Of a stretch of DNA of 59,996 bases, positions 48,500 through 59,996 are shown one piece after another. The translations under genes and the position numbers were made by a program. The notes below the pieces were generated by a model. It was not told the origin of the DNA, did not search any database, and saw nothing but the letters and a program-made list of their open reading frames with translations. Within the stretch, counting starts at the first letter, position 1. Each line of letters begins with the position of its first letter. The stretch lies in contig NW_025215379.1 in the NCBI RefSeq assembly GCF_004010195.1, forward strand, positions 53,961-113,956, given 5' to 3'. Source of the stretch: Chiloscyllium plagiosum. Taxonomy: Eukaryota.

Positions 48500-50270
48500 A
48501 TTAGGAACACAAGTAGGCCATTCAGCCTTTGAAGCCTGCTCTGCCATTCGTTAGATCACGGCTGATCTGACTGTAACCTCAAATCTGCATTCCTGCCTGT
48601 CCCAGATAACTTTCACCTCCTTGCTTGACAAGGAAGTATCTATCTCTATCTTAGAAACATTCAAAAAATCTGCATCCACATCTTTTCAGGAAGAAAGTTC
48701 CACGGACTTAAAACTTTGAGGGAAGAAAAAAAATTGCTTCACTTGTTTTAAATGGGTGACCCCTGATTTTTAAACAGTGAACTTTAGTTCCGTATTCTCA
48801 GATAAGAGGAAATATCCTCTCCACATCTACTCTGTCAATATGTTCCAAACAAATGACTTCTTACTCTTCTAAACTCAAGTATGAGTGTGGTAAAAACAAT
48901 GACTGCAGATGCTGGAAACCAGATTCTGGATTAGTGGTGCTGGAAGAGCACAGCAGTTCAGGCAGCATCCAAGGAGCAGCGAAATCGACGTTTGTGGCAA
49001 AAGCCCAGTAGTCTGTCCAATCACTTCTCAAAAGATAAACCCCATCCAACTCCAAATTTCAGCTACTGATGTAGTAAACCTTCTCTGAATTACCTTCAAC
49101 GTATTTACATTCTTCCTTAAATAAGGTGACCAATACCGCACACAGTACTCCAGATACTCTGTGCCCTGTATAAAAGAAGTATAACCTCCTGACATTTGTT
49201 TTCAATTGCCCTCATGATAAATGATAATATTCTATTAAGTTTTTTTTCAATTACTCACTGTATCTATACACTAAGCCTTGCATTTCATGCATGAGGACAC
49301 CTAGATCCCTCTGCATCTTAGAATTGTGCAATTTCTCACCATTCAGACAATATACTTCATTTTTATTCTTCCTGCCAAAAAGACAATTTCAAATTTTCTC
49401 ACATTATATTCCATTTGCCATGTATTTGCCCACTCATTTAAACTATCTACATTTTTTGTAGCTTCCCTGTGTCCTTTTCACAACTTATTTTCCTAACTAT
49501 CTATGTGCCATCAGCATATTTGGCAGCCAGATCTTCTGTCCCTTCATCAAAGTCATTTATATAAATTGTAAACAGTTGAGGTGCCAACACCAATACCTGT
49601 AGAATACCACTTGTTACATCTTACCAAGCTAAAATGACTCATTTCTGCATTCTCTCTACTTATTGTTAGCCAGCCATTTTATATCCATGCCATTATGCAA
49701 TCCTCTACATGAGCTTTAATTTTTCTCCAAGAACCTGTGATATGGCACTCTATGAAATGCCTTCTGGAAATCTAAGTACAGTTTTCCTTTCATCCACAGT
49801 GATGTAGCTAAAAGATCTCAAAGAAGATCTCCAGTCCTTTAGAGTCAAATATGATTTATCTTTCACAACACAATGTTGATTCTTTCCCTGATTACCTTGA
49901 ACTAATCCAACTGTCCTGTTATAACTTATTTAATAACAGCTTTTAATATTCTCCTATGGCAAATGTTAAAGTAACTGGCATGTAGCTTTTTACTTTCCAT
50001 CTCTCTCTTTTTGAATAAAGGACTTATATTGCTCTCTTCAAATGGTCAATCTAATGGAACCATTCCTGAATCAAATGAGTTTTGGAGAATTGAAACCAAT
50101 GCATCAACTATCTCAGGAGCTATTTCTTTTAAGACTCTAGAATGGAGTCCATCAGGAGCCGTATACTTGTCAGCCTACAACTCCAACAATTTACTCAGTA
50201 CTATTCTGGTGATTGTAATTTTCTTGAGATCCTCCTTCTCTTCTATTTTCTAATTTATTACTTCTTTTAC
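48500..50270 (-). mobile_element. Decayed CR1 LINE 3' portion
   Basis: The reverse complement carries EYCAVLV, LDFQKAF-like and SYMPVTLT-like motifs, and the 3' UTR ggctgaatggcctacttg. Confidence 0.7.
48889..49006 (-). mobile_element. Penelope-derived terminal insertion (tail plus arm, truncated in hammerhead stem II)
   Basis: ggtaaaaacaatgactgcagatgctggaaaccagattctggattagtggtgctgg...aatcgacgtttgtggcaaaagccc; same family as 13755 and 14901. Confidence 0.8.
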
Positions 50271-51229
50271 AATCTATAGTGAAGCTATAGTAATACTTGG
50301 CGATGTTTCATGTTTAATTTTTGATCTGTCTCTATATTGAACATGTCTCTCTACATCCCTGTGGAACACCCAAAAGAAATTAGTATACAGCCAATAATGA
50401 GTATATACACATATAACTAAACCATCATTACACTGTTATAAACAGAAAAAGTGCATTTATATTGAATTTGCATTATGGATTATTAAAGTACCTTCAATTC
50501 ATAACAGTGTTTGGTGAAAATTACTCTTAACAAGTTGTCCAATGTGGCTCATTGCACTACTCATTGAATATTAATGAGAAGAATTCCTCTGTCCAAGTCT
50601 TCCTGTAATTTGCTACATTAATTATACTGATAAAAATCAAATCCAAAGCCTGAACACCATCAGGTGCAGCATCTGAAACATTGCAGCATTGGGATTAAAA
50701 ATCATGTGTCAATCAAAATAAAATTAATTCTTCAATGTATAGTAGTGACATGGAACTCTAGAATTGTTATTCATGTGATTAGTCTCAAAGTTGTTCTAAA
50801 ATAGAACACAAGTAACCAAATCCAATATATATAGAATAGATTCAATTTTTTTATCTTAGTATTTAGATAACACTGAAGAGATTGATAACATTACTATCGT
50901 CGAATATTCACTGTTCGATGTTTATAACAGTTCCGAGTGTCCCAAAATAATCTTTAAACTCAAATCTATGTAAATCTCTTCTGAAAACGTAACACTAGCG
51001 TTCGAACTGCAGTCTCATGTCCTTCCGTTCCAAACATTTAAATTCTCAAGGTTTCCGAATTGTTCGAATATACATCTAGAGTGAAATAATTTATTTTTCT
51101 CGGATAATAACGTGAAAAACTTATGACATTTAGTGTATGACTACGATTGAAATGCCACCTCGTTGCAGAACAACCGGTGTTTGTTTCCACTAGTTTAATC
51201 CTAGATCACTGACCTTGAAGTGGTATAGG

Positions 51230-52050
51230 GGAGTATTTGTGTTGGCGCGGGACACGGAATTTCACTACAACAGATTCAGACTTTTCTTTATCACCATGCG
51301 AAAGCGATGACGCGCGAACGAAGATAAATTATTGATCACTGTTTGGGTCAGTCGAGAATTAGAGACCATCAGTGAAATCTAAACAGGAGATTCCAATCGC
51401 TGCTCACTGTGGATTGCCCTCAACTTTGCGCTGGAGCCTGAGCATCCGATTGGCTGGCACGCGACTGTGTGGAAAAACAAGTAGATTTCTACTGCTGGGG
51501 CTTAGTGTGTGGGTGGGTGAGAGAGAGAGAGAAAGAAAGAAGGCGCCAACACAACTTCACGGAGAAATCAACAATCCTGCTCCAAACGCTAGCTTTGCTG
51601 TAATTTGAATTAAAACCAGCCGAAGTATCCGGGCTGCACATACAAAGCGGCTACTCTCAAGCTGGCCAGACCCACACAAACTACTCACTTCTTTCAGCAG
51701 ACAGGCAGCAAAACACATCGCCTCGCTCTCCCTTCGGTTCGTTGAGGAGACAGCCTAGTTCACCTCTCGCGCCATTTTAACTCCCGTCTACCCTGGATCA
51801 GTAGAGAGAAGGGCTGATTCTGTCCCCTCCTGTCGCCTCTCTGGTGGCGGCCTCAATGTACAGTTGACAGCGGGTCATCAGTTCACCGGCAAAGAGCGCG
51901 TCCACAACGCAACAGAATCTATTTAACTTGGGAACTTGGAGATGCAACAATGCAAAAAACAACCGTTCACAGGAATTCATCACTGTGAGGAATGTAACAC
52001 CAGTTGCACTATTTGATTCGCGCAAGGATACCATACTGCATACTTTGCGT
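51230..52050. promoter_or_regulatory. CpG-rich promoter with candidate minus-strand non-coding first exon (~51780-51689)
   Basis: CpG-rich; YY1 motif AAAATGGCG (minus, 51770-51778); donor GAA|GTGAGT (51683-51688); CCAAT 51393-51397 and ATTGG 51449-51453. Confidence 0.6.
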
Positions 52051-53649
52051 GACTCGAGAGTTGTCATGTTGCTGTTGGGAGTTGTGTCCGATAATTTGAT
52101 ATATTCGTCGCATATATAGTAAAAATAATTAACATGTACAAAATGCGTTTGTATGTGTACTATAGAAGTCAACTCCATGTTCTGGTCGATTGAAACTCAT
52201 TCCTCTACTTCAGATAAAGGCTGCCAGAAGCAAAGCGTTTCTGGACTAAGTCTGTCACTTTTATTTGATGTGAGCTGATTACTGAGCAGTTCAATTTCCA
52301 ATACATTTTGACGTATTTTAGATGATGAATTATGAAATTCAATAGGAGTTTAGTAAATTTACGTTTCACTAGAGTTTTGGAAAGCGATTTTTAAAAAAAA
52401 TACATTGAATAGTAGCTTGTTCTCAATGGACTGTCAAATATAAACAAGTATCTACTTCTGTATCGTGTTTTACCATACATTTTCTCTTGTTTGCAAGTTT
52501 TTTTTTACGCCAATGGAGAAATAAAGTTTCTATGTTCCATGTTCAATAGATTCCAGATTGGCAACCATTATTCCACTACATGTAGAATTTAAAATTTAGA
52601 GAAGTACAACCAGGCAGAAGAATAGACATCATGGTTTTTGAGGTTTAGTTTTGTATATTCTGCTTCAACTTTCATAATTTCAGACATTAATTAATGTAAG
52701 GTACAACATTTCCATTGGTCCTTGATAAGGGGTGTATTCCTAAGATCAACCATCTTCAGCTGCTCACCAATGACTTTCTGTTATAGGTCAAATGTTCACT
52801 AGTGGCTGCACTATGTTCAATATCACTGATAACTCGTCAGATAAAGAAGCAGACCATATCCCTATGCAACAAGACCTGGGCAACATTTGGGTTTGGTGAG
52901 ATATATACCAAATAACTTGAGCACTTCATTACTGGCAGGCAATGACCATCACTGAAAAGAGAAAATCTAACCATCTACACTGATATTCAATGGTGTTAGG
53001 ACTGGTAATCCCCACCCCCAAACCATCACAATACTGGGGGTCTCCATTGACCAATAGGTTAAATGGACCAACCGCAGATCTTATCAATGCTATATACAAC
53101 TGTGGCAAGATTTACCTATTTTTATATACTCTACATTAAAGTGCAACATTCTTGCAATATCTGCAAATTGACTGCTTGTGATTCATGTGCATGGACACCT
53201 AGATCCTTCTTTACCATAGCATTCTGCACTTTCCATTTAAATATTCTGCTTTTCTATTATTTCTGCCAAAATTGACAATTTCACATTTACCCACTCCATT
53301 TGCAATTGCCACATTTTGTTCACTCACTTTGTCCTCATTCCTCTGCAGAGCATTTATTTCCTCCTACTCTTGTATCATGTTTGGTCCTTAGAACTCATTG
53401 AGGTCATAAGAATTAAAGTCTTTGTTACATAGGGCTTTTTTACTCAGAAATTACAACACAGAGATTGTTAGCCTCAACCAGTAACTGCACCCTCCAAATA
53501 GTATTAGCCTTAATGTTTTTGCCATATATAATTATCCCCATTTTCAACATGAACTATCCAACAAATTAATATGGTCTCTCTTATTTACAAATAATTGCCA
53601 GTAGTGTATATGAAATCAAAGAAATTGGTATTTAGCAGTGCACACTGAA

Positions 53650-54232
53650 TCATAGAACAGATTGACACAAGAACCAGGAGCAAGAGTTGGCAATTCAGCC
53701 CCTCAAGCCTGCTCCACCATTTAATACAACTATGCCTGATGACATCTCAGCCTCAACACCACTTTCCTGCCCATTTCCCATAACCCTTTTACCCAGTACT
53801 AATTAAAGCCTATCTTCTCCTTGAATGTATTCAATTGTCCCAGCATTCAGCACACTCTGGGGAAGTGAATTCCACATAATCATGACCCTTTGAAAGAGGT
53901 AATTCCTCTCCATCTCTGTTTTAACTTCCCCTAGCCTGCAACCATGACCTCTCATTCCAGATTGCCACACAAGGGGATACTTCCACTCCACATCTACTTT
54001 GTCAATCCCGTTTAGCATCTTATATGCCTCAATTTGATTGCCTCTCATTCTTCTAAACTTCACCAATTTTTAGGCCTAAACTATTCAATATCTCCTCATA
54101 AAACAAGCCTTTCATTTCTGGAATTAATCTACTGAATTTTCTCAGAATTGCTTCCAATGCTATCTCATCCTTCCTCAAATAAGGGCACCAAAACTGTACA
54201 TTGGACCCCAGATGCAGTCTCACCAATACTTA
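53650..54232 (-). mobile_element. CR1 LINE 3' fragment
   Basis: ORF 53803-54066 reads RRMRGNQIEAYKML...WNSLPQSV. Confidence 0.8.
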
Positions 54233-54401
54233 CAATAGTTTGAATACAATAAGATTTAGCTTCTGATATGATGTTATACAATATACATCAGAATTTATGT
54301 TCCAAAATATATTCAAACCGTGAATTGGAATTTTTAAAAGAAGGATAAGAAAATAAACACGATTTATCAGGCACAGTTAGGAGTATATTGCTAGTTAGAC
54401 T

Positions 54402-54645
54402 CATCGTCATAGAGATGTATAGCACTGAAACAGACCCTTAGGTGCAACTCGTCCATACCGACCAGATATCCCAACCTCATCCAGTCCCATTTAGCCCATA
54501 ACCCTCTAAACCCTTCCTATTCATACACCCTATCCAGGTGCCTTTTAAATGTAGCAATTGTATCAGCCTCCACCACTTCCTCTGGTAGCTCATTCTATAC
54601 AGCCACCACCCTCTGCGTGAAAAAGTTGCCCCTTCGGTCCTTTTT
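54402..54645 (-). mobile_element. CR1 (HER1-like) extreme 3' end
   Basis: GATFSRRGW / MNRKGLEGYG remnants; similar to 57260-57500. Confidence 0.75.
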
Positions 54646-55426
54646 TCTCTCCAACAAATGAATCCAAAAATACAGTTAAAGTAACACAAATACGAGTGGT
54701 GGATATCCTCTCATTTCAGTGTAACTGTTTGAATGTACAGGGAAAACTGGATTGACTGGTTTATATGTAAAGCATCGGAAATTAACTTTTCAGACTCAAG
54801 TCAAAATTCGGCCTTTTTCCCAGCCGTTTTATTCTACGACGCAACGATTATTTCATTTCGCTTTTCCTACATATAGAAGCTCGATTGCGGAAAATTAATT
54901 TAAAAAAAAGAAGTATATGATTATAAAGGGAACAATTGTCGCTATTGCAGAAAACAAAATATCACCAGGGTTATGAAATGGTGTAAACAGAAGGAGGATT
55001 TTCGGATGTCCCATCAGAGTTTGCGCCCGCATGCGAACTGTGAAACCCTTCGAGGGACAACAACGGTTGCAAATTTCAGAAGATTTCAAAAATAGTTATG
55101 TTTCATTCATCAAAATAAATGGTTGAGTTGGGAATGGGGATCTGGATCTGTTTCATTGACATGAATGTACTGTCCAGTTTTACAGATATATGTCCGAAGA
55201 TTAAGGTAAGCAACGGGAGAATCAAGAAGAATGCGGATAATCTATGACTCTTACGGTAAATGAACTTTGGAATCATTTTGTTTTGTGTTTTTCTGCATTA
55301 AAACTGGACTTCGTGTATTGAAACGGAGTTAAAGCTACCGAAGGGGTCATACCCATTTCAACGGCAGGTTCCTGAACACGAAGGGTAATTAACCGAATAA
55401 TACCTGTAAGGAAAATAATTTATATT

Positions 55427-55555
55427 CCTGATGAAGAGCTTCAGCCCGAAACGTCGATACTCCTGCTCCTCGGATGCTGCCTGACCTACTGTGCTTTTCC
55501 AGCAACACGTTCTCAACTCTGATCTTCAGTATCTGCAGAAATCACTTTCTCCCAG
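55427..55555 (+). mobile_element. 129-bp Penelope-derived insertion starting at a hammerhead, 9-bp TSD
   Basis: TSD ATTTATATT at 55418-55426 and 55556-55564. Confidence 0.85.
55428..55455 (+). ncRNA. Minimal type I hammerhead ribozyme motif
   Basis: CUGAUGA A GAGC-UUCA-GCCC GAAAC GUC; core intact, one A-C mismatch in stem II. Confidence 0.6.
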
Positions 55556-56759
55556 ATTTATATTATTTCACGAGAGTCCAATGGAACCTTTATAACATTT
55601 TCCAAAACCAACTTTTCATGGATTGCAGGTAGAAAGCAATTCTGTTCCGAGGTTGATAGACAGGTATATGAGAATTGACTCCAGTATGTTGTCTCATCCA
55701 GTGCACCACTACTGATTATGCAAGTTTTGTCGGATTCACCAAAATCTTTTAAATGTCAATCTAACTATTTAAGCAGTATCAGGAGATTTTTATGTGAGGA
55801 CGAACCCTTAATTGAAAGCTGTTATTATAAAACTATCCCCTATATAACGGCGTAAAACATTGACCAGACTGCTAAACTTTCACCCTATTATTATGTTAAT
55901 ATCCTTAAATCTCGGGATTAATGTCATTTTGTTCTTTGAAATAGGAAATGCAAACTTAAGTTTTAATTTTTCAGTCATACTACGCAGTTTATATATGTTG
56001 AATTTTGCATCAATGATCACTGACAATGGAATTTATTATTGTAATGCATTCATATCAAATGGTTAAATTGTTAGACGACTTTAAATTATCAAATTTATGA
56101 ACCACTACACAAAAAAACTCACATATTCGTCAAAATCTTCACACAAAGCCTGTCACGGAAGTATTCTGGCCTCAAATAGAAGCATGTTGATTTCGTGTTG
56201 TTTTACTTTTCCTGCCGTTAAATGCTGATTTAAGACGAGTTAAGCTTTATTAAAGTATTTTCAAGCAGCGACAAATTTATCGGCTATCTGTTATTTATGC
56301 AGCTTTGAACGCATCTTTAAACAATTTCAAATGATCGAAATGAAGGAAAAGTGTATGCGAAATATTTTACTGGGGCGGCAGGAGAAACATCCAGGAGGAA
56401 AGGTCGTCAATCTGAAGTGTTAATTCTGTTTCTTTCTCCAGTCATGTTCCCTGCCGTATTGAGCATGTCATTTTCTGGTAAATACCTAGAGGTGACATAC
56501 ATTTAGGGTAGAAAAGTGCAATCATGTAACTCCTGGACGTTTCCGAACTTTTTTTCTCTCTGCTTTATTATTTACTGAAAATGTTTGATGCATGATATGT
56601 TGTATGAGTGTTCAGATTTTATTTTGTTTTCTAGACAAATGTGCCGAATGTTATATTAAACATTGATGCTTTTTATAGGAGTATAAAATGTAATACTCTA
56701 AAATGTAATTTCAAAATGCAACTCCTATCGTCAACTTTATTCCAAAATTATAAATTTAT

Positions 56760-57258
56760 GATATTCTCCTTAGATCGGAAAATTGCAAATGTAACTTATT
56801 ATTGTAGAAAAGTGTGAGACCATGAATTATGAACTTATTAGTTTAACATTCATTGTAGAGACGATATTGACATATTTAATTGAGCAGTCTTTGAACACTG
56901 AGAGAAATTTGAACTGATTTAGAATGAGTCCGAATGGGGATATTATATAACCTGAACCAAAGCTTTTTTTTGCAAAGTCACCGAAATAGTGGATAGGGAT
57001 ACCCCTATTGATGCAGTTGTACTGACTTCCAGAATGTTTTAATGAAGTTCCAAGCTAAAATAAAATTTTATGGAACAGAAGGCAAATTAGGAAATTGGTT
57101 AAGTTGCAAAAACAACTATAGAGAGTAAAGATAATTGGTATTCATTCACATTAAATGACGTGCAACACTTCAAAGATCTGTGCTGGGGTCTTAGCCATTC
57201 GTGTTTCCTAAAGACTTAGATAATACAGTAGATCCACAGATCCAAGTCTGCCAATGAC
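56760..57258 (+). mobile_element. Very decayed CR1 RT fragment
   Basis: KIANVTY-like, NYELISLT, DFQNVF and GSVLG-like remnants. Confidence 0.5.
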
Positions 57259-57942
57259 ATAGAGTCATAGAGTCGTACAGATGTACAGCACAGAAACAAA
57301 CTCTTTAGTCTAACCATTCATGCCAACCAGGTGTCCTAAATTAACCTTGTCCCATTTGCCAGTAGTTGGCCCATTTCCCTCTAAACCCTTCCTATTCATA
57401 TACCCATCCAGATGCCTCTTAAATGTTGTAATTGTACCAGCCTCCACACTTTATCTGGCAGTCCATTCCATGCGCACACCATCCTCCGCATGAAAATGTC
57501 CCTTAGGTCACTTTTAAATCTTTCCCTCTCACCGTAAACCTATGCCCTCTAGTTTTGGACTCCCTTATCCTGGGAAAAAGACCTTGACTATTCACACAAT
57601 CCATGCCCCTCATGATTTTATAAACCTCTAGAAGGTGACCCCTCAGCATCTGACACCGCAGGGAAAATAGCCCCAGCCTTTTCAGCCTTTCCCTGTAGCT
57701 CAAACCCTCCAATCCTGCCACCATCCTTGTAATATTTCTGAAGCTTTTCAAGTTTAACAACAACTTTCCTACAACAGGGAGACCAAAATTGAACTCAGTA
57801 TTAGAGAAGTGGTCTGACCAATGCCCTGTACAGCTGCAACATGACCTTCCAACTCCTTTAGTCAATATACTGACTAATAAAGGCAAGTGTATCAAACGGC
57901 TTCTTCACTATTCTGTCTACCTGCAATTCCACTTTCAAGGAA
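57259..57942 (-). mobile_element. CR1 (HER1-like) LINE 3' fragment
   Basis: ORF 57503-57895 reads LSYRERLKRLGLFSL...RGHLLEVYKIMRG; tail gactctatgactctatg. Confidence 0.85.
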
Positions 57943-59427
57943 ATGAAGGTCATCAACAGCATATGTCCCATAGATTGTGAGATCTTCAACACTTATATTG
58001 CATTTTTGTTTACATTGTTTTCATATTATTTTATTTACTTTTACTATCATTCTTATTCTTCCGCTGAGCTAAAATTCACACTCTGTAGCCGGGATTTAAC
58101 TAGTTCTGAAGGTTTATGTCATGTGCCCGGTCCTACAAGATTTCCTGCGTGGAATGATGGTGGGCATGGGGTGCCCTCTTTAATTTCCCCACCCACTGTG
58201 TGATATTCTTCCCAAGGTTTCCCTCCTCAACCTCATGGCCTGTCAAACTCTGCATTTTCACTCCTTTGGTAAGCAACCCCATCCCCACCAACTCAAACAC
58301 TTCCCAATTTGTGATCAAGACCTCTTCTGTACATTGTCTTCAGTATTGTGGAGAATTGCCATCATTCGGTTGATTGGCAGATCCATGATACAGGATCACC
58401 TGTCCCTGAGTGGTAAAAAGCTCTTTTACAGTCTTTTGATAGCCATAAGTATACACAGTATTCCAGGTGTGGTTTTGCAAAGATTCCTGTACAATTGCTA
58501 TGCAAGATCATTATCCCAAACTATAATAGCTTGCGTAATAAAGACTAATAAAAAAGTATGCTTGTCTAATTGTATTCTGCATCCACATGATAATTTTACA
58601 CAACTTGTGCACCATTTAAAGAATATTCACTTTTCAGTTTAGCCTACCAAAGTTGATAACTTCATACTTCTTTGTATTAAGAGCAAAATCTTGACATAAT
58701 AGACCCACGTTGCACAGAGACAAGTAGCAGTTCAGAAATCTGTCATTGGAGCGTGCTTTGCTTGACTTTTTAACTTAGTTATAGCATAGCCCTCTCCCAG
58801 GCTTCCCAACCAGTCAAAGATGAGTATATATTGACTTGTGCATCAGTAAACATATGATAGCTAGTTAATTAGACTCTGACAGGAGTCAGGATGCCTGGAT
58901 ATATACTGATGCTTGAGATTTTAGCAGATACAGAATTGAAACGAAGACCTGGGAAGGTTGCCATGTGCACCATTAGGTGTTACCTGGAGATCCTACTAAA
59001 GATTCTGAAGGGGGGAATTAGGTGATGTTTCCAAAGAAATGAATGAAGAGGTAAATTTGTCAAATCAAGGAGACAATGGATGTACTGAGAAAATGTAGAG
59101 CAGGTATGTGTTCCCTTAAATTTGAATAAGCCCCTTCATCTAATTGAATGATATGATTTGTAAATAGCTGAAATGTAAGTACTGTCATTTAATACCCAAC
59201 TTGTACTACCAAATATGATTCATAGAAATTAATGAGCAGTCATAAACAATTAAGCAATCCTCTATCCATGCTAATGTTATTCTTTTTAATCTCATAAGCC
59301 ATAATTTTCTTTAATAACCAATTACACACCATATCAAATTTTTTTCACAATTCACGCACAACCACAGGTTTTCCCATTATCACTCTGCTAGTTACAACTT
59401 TAAAAAAGTGAAATATAACACACATGA

Positions 59428-59996
59428 TTAATATTCCAGGATACAAATGCTACAGGAAGGATAGAAAGGGAGGCAAGAGAGGAGGGGGAGTGGCATTTTT
59501 GATAAGGGATAGCATTACAGCTGTGCTGAGGGAGGATATTCCCGGAAATACATCCAGGGAAGTTATTTGGGTGGAATTGAGAAATAAGAAAGGGATGATC
59601 ACCTTATTGGGATTGTATTATAGACTCCCCAATAGTCAGAGGGAAATTGAGAATCAAACTTGTAAGGAGATCTCAGCTATCTGTAAGAATAATAGGGTAG
59701 TTATGGTAGGGGATTTTAACTTTCCAAACATCGACTGGGACTGCCAAAGTGTTAAAGGTTTAGTTGGAGAAGAATTTTTTAAGTGTGTACAAGACAATTT
59801 TCTGATTCAGTATGTGGATGTACCTACTATAGAAGGTGCAAAACGTGACCTAATCTTGGGAAATAAGGCAGGGCAGGTGACTGAGGTATCAGTGGGGGAG
59901 CACTTTGGGGCCAGCGACCATAATTCTATTCGTTTTAAAATAGTGATTGAAAAGGATAGACCAGATCTAAAAGTTGAAGTCCTAAATTGGAGAAAG
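59428..59996 (+). mobile_element. Young CR1 LINE, endonuclease region, running off the window end
   Basis: NIPGYKCYRKDRKGGKRGGGVAFLI, GLYYRLP, MVGDFNFP and ASDHNSI motifs nearly intact. Confidence 0.85.

Noticed and set aside
51831..51850. CTCF-like site (CCACCAGAGAGGCG on minus)
   Set aside because: One-base offset from the CCACCAGRKGGCR consensus; too weak to call.

Overview
AT-rich, repeat-dense vertebrate DNA. The SINE/LINE complement (HE1-type V-SINEs, HER1/CR1 LINEs, a Deu-domain SINE) points to a cartilaginous fish (shark). The only clear host protein-coding gene is a single-coding-exon ZNF518-family gene (ZNF518B-like, 1810 aa, minus strand, 29283-34715). It has two candidate CpG-rich promoters (~38.8-39.3 kb and ~51.2-52.0 kb) and uORFs in its leader. 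The rest is mostly decayed, often nested retroelements: CR1/L2-group, RTE, Rex1/Babar and L1 LINE fragments, several Penelope-like elements (PLEs), and a Gypsy element with the unusual PR-INT-RT-RH (Gmr1-like) domain order. Three observations stand out. (1) About ten intact-to-decayed minimal hammerhead ribozyme motifs (CUGANGA..GAAAC-GUC type) lie in PLE termini and in tiny TSD-flanked or fold-back PLE-derived insertions that share fixed endpoints. (2) The ZNF518 N-terminus carries an exact histone H3 4-9 mimic (KQTARK), with a second TARK and a PxVxL motif near the C-terminus. (3) A LINE family carries a tRNA-like SINE head, and a SINE shares both its ends. Everything was read by eye; repeat boundaries are approximate unless a TSD is quoted, and family names come from remembered consensus motifs, not database searches.
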